Below are positions 57,525 to 64,000 of a stretch of 64,000 bases of DNA, one piece after another. A model generated the notes under the pieces. That model ran no database searches and had not been told where the DNA came from. It saw nothing but the letters and a program-made list of their open reading frames with translations. This DNA comes from a virus (taxonomy: Duplodnaviria; Caudoviricetes): IMG/VR virus record IMGVR_UViG_2508501111_000003, positions 14,762-78,761 of that record. One strand, given 5' to 3'. Position numbers and translations under genes: made by a program. The first letter of the stretch is position 1. Each line of letters starts with the position of its first letter.

Positions 57525-58772
57525 ATGCGACGTTTCCTTATTGCTTTGGGCGTGCTCGCACTACTTGGGCTACCACGGGCGGTATCTGCTCACGACATGT
57601 GTTTTCCCTCGGACAAAACACCGTACTGCCTTCCTGATCCGTTTAGCGATTATTGGGAATTGAACGGTGGGTTGCCCGTTTTTGGCTATCCAGTGACAGC
57701 CAAGGCCGATGAACTCAATAAAGACACGGGCAAAATGCATCCAACCCAGTGGCTTGAGCGGAATCGGCTTGAATATCACAACGAAAATAAAGGAACGGCC
57801 TATGAAGTGTTGCTGGGATTGTTGGGAAAGGAACGCCTTGCCCAATTAGGTCGTAATCCTGCGAGTGAGCCGCGTGAAGCCGGGGCCAAAGCTGGGTGTT
57901 TGTGGTTTGAACAAACGGGACACAACATCTGCAATATTGAAGGTACGGTGGGCTTTAAGACCTATTGGGAAACCCATGGCTTGAAGATCAATGGCATGGA
58001 CAAGTTTAGCCAATCGTTGCAACTGTTTGGACTTCCATTAACGGAACCAAAGATGGAAACCAATAGTGCAGGCGATAGGGTGTTGACGCAATGGTTTGAG
58101 CGTGCCCGCTTTGAATGGCATCCCAAGAATGGTGCTGAATATAAGGTGCTTTTAGGTTTGCTTGGCAAAGAAGTTCATGATAATGCTGGCTCACCTCCGC
58201 CAGCCACCCTTGCGATTGTTAGCCACCGCACGTATGTTGATAGTATCGACTTCCGGTGGATTGTTGGTGAAGTTGTGAATAATACAGCGAGCAATCAGCA
58301 ATTTGTTAAGGTTATTGCGAATCTTTATGATGCTGGGAGTAATCTTGTTGGTACTGAGACTGGCTATACCATCCTCGATATTGTTAAGGCTGGTACGAAA
58401 TCACCGTTTAGTATTCTGATTCTTGAGCCTCCAGCGAACTTTGATCATTACACGCTACAAATTGAGGCCCGTGAAACCACAACTGCACCCCTCGATACAT
58501 TCGCCATCTTAAGTTTTGGCAATCGTGATTCCGAGATTGGCAATTACCGCTATGTGTATGGTGAAGTCCGCAATGATACGGGTGTTCCAGTGAAATTTAC
58601 TAAGATAGCGATTACCTGTTACACCAAAGAATCAACGGTTCAACAAGTAGGGTTTGGCTACACATCGCTGCAAAATATTGCTGTTGGGCAGTCCTCTGCA
58701 TTTGAAATATTGCTATCACAATGGTCAGGCGTTGAGCGCTGTGAGGCGCAAGTTCAAGCCAGAAAGCAATAA
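57525..58772 (+). CDS. Secreted protein with two Chloroflexi-type repeats and tandem FxLYD-like domains
   Basis: Signal peptide; GGLPVFGYP...QWLERNRLE present twice; IVGEVVN...ANLYD. Confidence 0.82.
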   Translation: MRRFLIALGVLALLGLPRAVSAHDMCFPSDKTPYCLPDPFSDYWELNGGLPVFGYPVTAKADELNKDTGKMHPTQWLERNRLEYHNENKGTAYEVLLGLLGKERLAQLGRNPASEPREAGAKAGCLWFEQTGHNICNIEGTVGFKTYWETHGLKINGMDKFSQSLQLFGLPLTEPKMETNSAGDRVLTQWFERARFEWHPKNGAEYKVLLGLLGKEVHDNAGSPPPATLAIVSHRTYVDSIDFRWIVGEVVNNTASNQQFVKVIANLYDAGSNLVGTETGYTILDIVKAGTKSPFSILILEPPANFDHYTLQIEARETTTAPLDTFAILSFGNRDSEIGNYRYVYGEVRNDTGVPVKFTKIAITCYTKESTVQQVGFGYTSLQNIAVGQSSAFEILLSQWSGVERCEAQVQARKQ

Positions 58773-58788
58773 CTGGAGCTATTGTTGG

Positions 58789-58818
58789 AAAAGCCTGCTC
58801 CTAGGAGCAGGCTTTTTT
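58789..58818 (+). terminator. Intrinsic terminator
   Basis: AAAAGCCTGCTCC-ta-GGAGCAGGCTTTTTT. Confidence 0.9.
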
Positions 58819-58859
58819 GATGCCGTGTGGATCGGTGAGCCGGAGCTGGCGGCCAGCGC

Positions 58860-59180
58860 TGAGCAAAAGCAACAACAAACCAACAACATTTGTTCGCGCT
58901 ATGTTGTCGCTATATTGTTGCTTTGCAACTGGTGATCAGCGCTTTCGACAATAAACCGACAACGTTTGTTGTCGTTTCGTAAACCCCTATCGCAAGCAAT
59001 AACAAACCAACAATAAACTAACAATATTTGTTGTCGTTTCGTAAACCCATCGACACTCACGGATGTATTCAATTGCGTTCAATTGTAAACATCGCGCTAA
59101 CCACGGTGTATTCAATTGCGTTCAATTGCGTTCAATTGAACGCATCGCACCTTATCGATACTTACAATTGAACGCACCAT
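58860..59180. repeat. Iteron/centromere-like repeat cluster
   Basis: 22-bp direct repeat twice, six CAATTG hexamers, one 18-bp palindrome. Confidence 0.8.
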
Positions 59181-59861
59181 GGTTCCACTAATCCTTTTGG
59201 GTTAATCGGGGCAAAACTATACCGTGTTCGGATTAATCATTTGGTGTATTACGTTCGCGAATGAATATATTCAAAAGCGATATTTCGTTTCTTAAATGCA
59301 CTACCATTGCACTACCGTATGAAAATTGCTGATTTTTACCGTCATTTAATCCCGTTTATAAGAATCTTGTTAACATCTGACGTGACAAAGTGATTTAGGC
59401 GTAGTTCGGGCGTTTTTTGCACTTGCAAAAATAAAACGTTTCAATCATAATTTTTGCTATTGCATCGGCATTATTTGCTCACATCCTCGTTGCCGATGCA
59501 CACTCATTCACCCCAGTTAGAGGTACAACACCATGGCGTGTGACCATCTTCTCCGCTCAGGGGTTTGTGGAGGGCTTGATCTTGTGGTCAATGTCCGCAT
59601 AGAAACCACTGTATCCGCTGGGTCACTGCATCATGCCACGACTGCTGATGCAGATGCCCAGGTTCACCATGTTCGTGTCGGGATAGAACTGTTGGAGCAG
59701 TATTCGGTAACACACAACGATGACACCGAAGTGCTTGAATGGATCGCGAGTGTTGGACTTGATCAACAAACGCTTGATGAGGATCAATCAGTGGGGGGGC
59801 GACCAGTGGTTGATGATCAAAACCAAGCGGGTCGTGGGCAACCCGCTTGGCAGGACAGCGA

Positions 59862-60236
59862 TCAGGCGTTCGTGGACGTTTCGACTTTCCAGCGCAAATG
59901 AGACAGGATAGCAGCACGATCATCGGGTGAGAGTTGACCCAATAAGTTCAGAAACATGCGTACCTCGGGGACGGCAGCGATGAGGACTTGGATGGTGGCA
60001 TCCTCATCGGTGGGGTGAGCGTCCACGGGAATTCCACAGGCCTCAACGAGCTGGCGGAAGGGCAGGTTGAGGCTAATGGATAAGGCATTCAAGGTACGAA
60101 GATCGGGCATGACATCGGGCTTATTGATGAGATTGGAGAGGGTTGAAACGGCAATGCCAGAGCGTGTGGCAAGTTCCCGCAACGACCAGTTGCGGGAAGC
60201 CAGTTCTTGCGACAGGAGACTGGATAACCCAAGCAT
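59862..60236 (-). CDS. XRE-family HTH repressor paralog 1
   Basis: WSLRELATRSGIAVSTLSNL...PDLRTL. Confidence 0.92.
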   Translation of the reverse strand: MLGLSSLLSQELASRNWSLRELATRSGIAVSTLSNLINKPDVMPDLRTLNALSISLNLPFRQLVEACGIPVDAHPTDEDATIQVLIAAVPEVRMFLNLLGQLSPDDRAAILSHLRWKVETSTNA

Positions 60237-60282
60237 AAAACACCTCTCGATGGAATGTGATGGAACGGACGAAAACAAGGGA

Positions 60283-60310
60283 TTGACAGATGTTCGATTT
60301 AGTGTACAAT
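60283..60310 (+). promoter_or_regulatory. Rightward promoter divergent from paralog 1
   Basis: TTGACA-N16-TACAAT. Confidence 0.65.
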
Positions 60311-60541
60311 CCGACACATAATACACGAGGTTGAAGAAACAATCAACCGGAGACGGAACTCCACGGCAAGGTGGAGCTATTTTGGGATAAAGTGTTCGAT
60401 TTGAAGAACAGTTCAAGGAATGATTATAATCATTAATCTACTGCTGTCGGATAGGTTAGTCGGATGAACGAGTTTAGAATTGCAGCTATGCTAAAACTGT
60501 ATGTCGGTTTTACGTGGGAGTTCATTGTATGGAATACCAAA

Positions 60542-60943
60542 TCAAGATTGATCAACTTCTTGGTTTATATTTTTCTGACGATGCAGACGACGCATTTCAA
60601 TATATGCCAGAACATCAGCTTGATCGAGAGGAGAAAATGTCATCATCTCTTCCACAAGACGCTGAAAGTCTGGAATTGCTGAAACAATAGTTTGTAGTCG
60701 TTGGCTGTCTTCTGATTTAGCACTAGAGACATCGAAGCCACATGCAGCAATAATTCTAGCTAGCGGGATGTCAAAAGCTTGAGCTAATGTTGCAAGATTT
60801 TCTAATTTTGGTATCTGATTTGGGTTTTTGAGGATTTTAGATATGGTTGAATCAGGAATTCCTGATATTTCAGACAACTTTGTCTGATTCCACCCTCGTG
60901 CATCCATTTCAGATTTGATGAGATAAATCAAACCTGTAGTCAT
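60542..60943 (-). CDS. XRE-family HTH repressor paralog 2
   Basis: WNQTKLSEISGIPDSTISKI...PKLENL. Confidence 0.92.
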   Translation of the reverse strand: MTTGLIYLIKSEMDARGWNQTKLSEISGIPDSTISKILKNPNQIPKLENLATLAQAFDIPLARIIAACGFDVSSAKSEDSQRLQTIVSAIPDFQRLVEEMMTFSPLDQADVLAYIEMRRLHRQKNINQEVDQS

Positions 60944-61091
60944 TATTAGGCCTTTGTTGATAGTAAATAATAATAACCATTACTTTATTTTAGAGGATAA
61001 CATATGAGCCATCTACGAGACAATTCCAGTATGTGCGAAAATTTACGTTCAAAGATTATCAAATTTGTAGATTCTATACTTGAAGCACGAA

Positions 61092-61460
61092 CTACTTCTT
61101 GTGAAGATACCCTTGAATATAAGCCTGAATTACACGTAAATCCTCAGCTTGGAGTTGTGCTAGATCTGAAACAACAGATCGTAGCTCCGGTAATGAGTTT
61201 AACAGAATCGAAATCTGTTCCTCTGGTAACTCTCCTCGAAGATCGATATCAAATCCGCAGACTGTAATCAACCGTGCTAGAGGGATATTTAATGCTTGAC
61301 TTAATCGATCAAGGGTTTCTAGTTTTGGAACCGATTGAGGGTTCTTGAAGATATTACTAAGCGTTGATCGATCAATCCCTGCGCTATCCGCAAGCTGGCT
61401 ATCTCGCCATCCTCTCGCAGTTAGTTGAACACGTAAGAATACTGCTAGTGTATTGGGCAT
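61092..61460 (-). CDS. XRE-family HTH repressor paralog 3
   Basis: WRDSQLADSAGIDRSTLSNI...PKLETL. Confidence 0.92.
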   Translation of the reverse strand: MPNTLAVFLRVQLTARGWRDSQLADSAGIDRSTLSNIFKNPQSVPKLETLDRLSQALNIPLARLITVCGFDIDLRGELPEEQISILLNSLPELRSVVSDLAQLQAEDLRVIQAYIQGYLHKK

Positions 61461-61568
61461 TTAATTCACCAATAATTTCTTGAGAATGTTTATAAATTTA
61501 TATTTTGAGGTATAGCATGAAAAAGCTGGGAGAATTGGCAGCCATGATTGATCGGATAACCAAAAACC

Positions 61569-61955
61569 TTATTTCCGATGGTTTTTTAGTGTTTCCAGAT
61601 AAATCAGAACTGAGTTTACCTCATAACTGTCTAATTCAAGAAGATGCTCTACTACAGATTGATACTCAGGCATTGCATCCATTACCGAAATTAAGCGTTG
61701 AGCTTGAATCGTAGATGTTTCACTGAATTCGAGATCAAATCCAGCCATTTCTATAATTCGCCAGAATGGTAGCTTAAAGGTTTTTGCGAATTTAACCAGA
61801 GTTTCTAGGTCAGGAGTCACATCAGGATTATCACGAAGATTTTTTAATCCCGTATACGACACGCCAGATTTAATCGACAGTGCACGTAAACTTCCCTCGA
61901 CTTCTGAGTGTTGTTTGATCTTATTTGAGAGTTGTCTCATTGTAAAAAATACCAT
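61569..61955 (-). CDS. XRE-family HTH repressor paralog 4
   Basis: SLRALSIKSGVSYTGLKNL...PDLETL. Confidence 0.9.
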   Translation of the reverse strand: MVFFTMRQLSNKIKQHSEVEGSLRALSIKSGVSYTGLKNLRDNPDVTPDLETLVKFAKTFKLPFWRIIEMAGFDLEFSETSTIQAQRLISVMDAMPEYQSVVEHLLELDSYEVNSVLIYLETLKNHRK

Positions 61956-61970
61956 ATAGCCTTTATAGGC

Positions 61971-62351
61971 CTATGTTGTGGCTCGGCGGCGTGCTAATAC
62001 TTCAAGATAGGCAAGCACTCCATCGATATCTTCTTTATCTAATTTCTGAAGGTGTTCTAATACAGGTTTATATTGAGGCATTACTTCCATAAGTTTGGAT
62101 AATCGTTTTGTATGATCAGGATCGGTTGTATCTAAATCTAGATCATATCCAGCCATTTCTACGACACGCCAGAGAGGTATATTAAATGCTCTAGAAACTT
62201 TTGATAAAGTTTCTAAACTAGGAATAACGTTGGGATTATCAATAATATTAGCAAGGGCAGATTTGGATACTCCAGTTGTTTCCTCGAACTCACGCCAAGT
62301 CCACTCGTTATCCTTCATCTGCTTTTTAAGAAAAATGGATAATTCTGTCAT
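61971..62351 (-). CDS. XRE-family HTH repressor paralog 5 (cI position)
   Basis: WTWREFEETTGVSKSALANI...PSLETL; GAGG RBS. Confidence 0.92.
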   Translation of the reverse strand: MTELSIFLKKQMKDNEWTWREFEETTGVSKSALANIIDNPNVIPSLETLSKVSRAFNIPLWRVVEMAGYDLDLDTTDPDHTKRLSKLMEVMPQYKPVLEHLQKLDKEDIDGVLAYLEVLARRRATT

Positions 62352-62404
62352 TCTGACCTCGTGGACAAGCCGATAATACTTAGTATAAGGCATTGATTGT
62401 ACTC

Positions 62405-62433
62405 TTGACAACTACAAATAACTACACTAGAAT
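62405..62433 (+). promoter_or_regulatory. Early rightward promoter (pR-like)
   Basis: TTGACA-N17-TAGAAT. Confidence 0.8.
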
Positions 62434-62477
62434 GTCCGATAGATAGTCAAAAAAACTTTCAAAAGTAAAGGAGTTCT

Positions 62478-62681
62478 ATGAATAATTTGCAAGGTCGATT
62501 CACTGATGAACAACGTGATAAGTTAGAAAAAATATCGAAACAAGCAAAGGTTCCTATCGCAGCGGTATTACGATGGGCGGTAGAGGCCTACAATCCACCT
62601 ATTTTTTTATCTACTTGTCCGATGAATAGTCAAAATGACAATGAAAAATATAACCAACCTGAACAAAACCAAGCAGCATAA
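62478..62681 (+). CDS. Ribbon-helix-helix (CopG/Arc-like) regulator in cro position
   Basis: LQGRFTDEQRDKLEKISKQAKVPIAAVLRWAV; AAGGAG RBS. Confidence 0.75.
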   Translation: MNNLQGRFTDEQRDKLEKISKQAKVPIAAVLRWAVEAYNPPIFLSTCPMNSQNDNEKYNQPEQNQAA

Positions 62682-62705
62682 CTGTCCCATAGAAAGGAGC
62701 CAACG

Positions 62706-63050
62706 ATGCGAACCATTGATACGATTCACCGTCATCTGAACAGTTTCCAAGGGTTTATTCCTACACCATCCTATCCTGTGCCTTCTCCTTGCCGACCTAG
62801 TTCGACAGCCCCGATCACCCCAGTCATCGCACGCACCAAAAAGACCCGCAAACCTAAGCGCCAACCCAGTTGCTCATGCCCTGCTTGCACGAAGGAACAC
62901 ACTGCGACTGGGGTATTCCGTTGCCTCAAGGGCAAGGAATACGTGATCTTTGCTGCTGGCCAATGCTTAGGTTATCGCAAGACCGAAGGCACCGCTGATA
63001 CCCTGCTCCGCGACTATCGCTATACCTTTCTCACCAAGCATGCAGGCTGA
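62706..63050 (+). CDS. Early hypothetical protein with CSCPAC motif
   Basis: AAGGAG RBS. Confidence 0.7.
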   Translation: MRTIDTIHRHLNSFQGFIPTPSYPVPSPCRPSSTAPITPVIARTKKTRKPKRQPSCSCPACTKEHTATGVFRCLKGKEYVIFAAGQCLGYRKTEGTADTLLRDYRYTFLTKHAG

Positions 63051-63300
63051 TTGTTGGACGGCTATCGGTTGCATGCCGTAAATGCAGCGCCAGAAGCGTA
63101 ACTGGCACGGCCTGAGCAGTCCACAACCTGCTCACCAGCGCCAGTGTGGCGCAACTCGGTATGTATCGATGCTCACCCGTTGTTGTGCGGAACAGCGGCC
63201 CCGTTCGCCAGCAGGACTACCTTAACAACTGCATACGCAGTCGTGGCATATCGTGCGCACCCAGCGCGGGATTGCAGCATACCAACGAAGGCTATAGGCG

Positions 63301-63801
63301 ATGACCCTACCTCGGCAGACACGCCGCGCCGTTGCTCATGCTGCACCACGATCACCGGGCAGGAAATCACGTAGGCCTGCCCAAAACACACGATCAAAAG
63401 TCTACTACGTCCTATGGTTTTTCGTCTCTCAGTTTGTTGATGAGGTTTCGATGATTGAATTGCTGATTTGCACCCTTGGTTGTGCCATTAGCCTGGCCAC
63501 GGAACATCTTGCCTTGTGGGATCACCCATGGCGGTTACGCCCACCCATCACCTACATGATCGGCATGCTCACGATCATTGCGTGGTTTACCGTTTTTTGT
63601 CTCTTGATCGACCCGCTCTATGTCTTTTTTGGCGTGGCGCTGCTGTTGTTGTCTGGCGGGGCCGGACTGGTGGTGATTCTTGGCTATTGGCTCCGCAGGG
63701 TATTGACGGTCAAAGATCAGGCCGCGTTTACCGCTGGGCAGCTTAGTCGGTCGGTTCCATCACCAATCACGCAGGATTGGATTGATGGCCACGACCGATA
63801 A
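63301..63801 (+). CDS. Early membrane protein (start may be about 63451)
   Basis: 3 TM segments in the C-terminal part. Confidence 0.55.
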   Translation: MTLPRQTRRAVAHAAPRSPGRKSRRPAQNTRSKVYYVLWFFVSQFVDEVSMIELLICTLGCAISLATEHLALWDHPWRLRPPITYMIGMLTIIAWFTVFCLLIDPLYVFFGVALLLLSGGAGLVVILGYWLRRVLTVKDQAAFTAGQLSRSVPSPITQDWIDGHDR

Positions 63802-64000
63802 ACACAAACGTTGGGCCGAGATTACGGATGCGCTCGCATTGCGCGGCAATGCTGATGATGCGTTCGTCGAAATTGCCCAACGTTCCCGCGAGCCGGTGAT
63901 TTTGCAGCTGGTGCAAAAAGGGCGTGATGAGTTGGCCAAGCAACGTCAACGCCTGATCGCCCTGCGTGATGCACCGGAAAAGGAGCTGAAACAGGAATGA
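63782..64000 (+). CDS. Early coiled-coil hypothetical protein
   Basis: 72 aa, coupled to the upstream gene. Confidence 0.6.
   Translation: MMATTDKHKRWAEITDALALRGNADDAFVEIAQRSREPVILQLVQKGRDELAKQRQRLIALRDAPEKELKQE

Noticed and set aside
59533-59923. ORFs 59533-59901 (+) and 59588-59923 (-)
   Set aside because: They conflict with each other and have no recognisable motif, so neither could be supported.

Overview
Temperate siphovirus-like prophage or phage-plasmid DNA, probably from a Herpetosiphon-like Chloroflexota host. The host guess is an inference from the cargo (membrane STAS sensor, Chloroflexi-type secreted-repeat/FxLYD protein). Two related phage units lie in inverted orientation. Unit A (+ strand) is cut by the window start and shows only its tape-measure end and two tail genes, followed by about 8 kb of cargo. 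Unit B (- strand) has a near-complete late operon at 47630-27879 (holin-like genes, terminase, portal, head, tail) followed by about 8.6 kb of defence-type cargo. Both cargo blocks end at an inverted 1.78-kb duplicated module (Replic_Relax-like nuclease plus a small gene), which flanks a 4.4-kb divergent membrane-protein region. Upstream of the unit B late operon, a 6.8-kb cassette is bracketed by two copies of the late promoter/terminator. It carries a histone-fold membrane protein, a nuclease-like gene pair and a cas-less 20-repeat CRISPR array split by an IS. Further right are an iteron-like noncoding region, five tandem XRE repressor paralogs and the start of the early operon. No integrase, cas gene, endolysin, reverse transcriptase, rRNA or tRNA was recognised. 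Protein family calls come from motifs recognised by eye and were not searched against any database.
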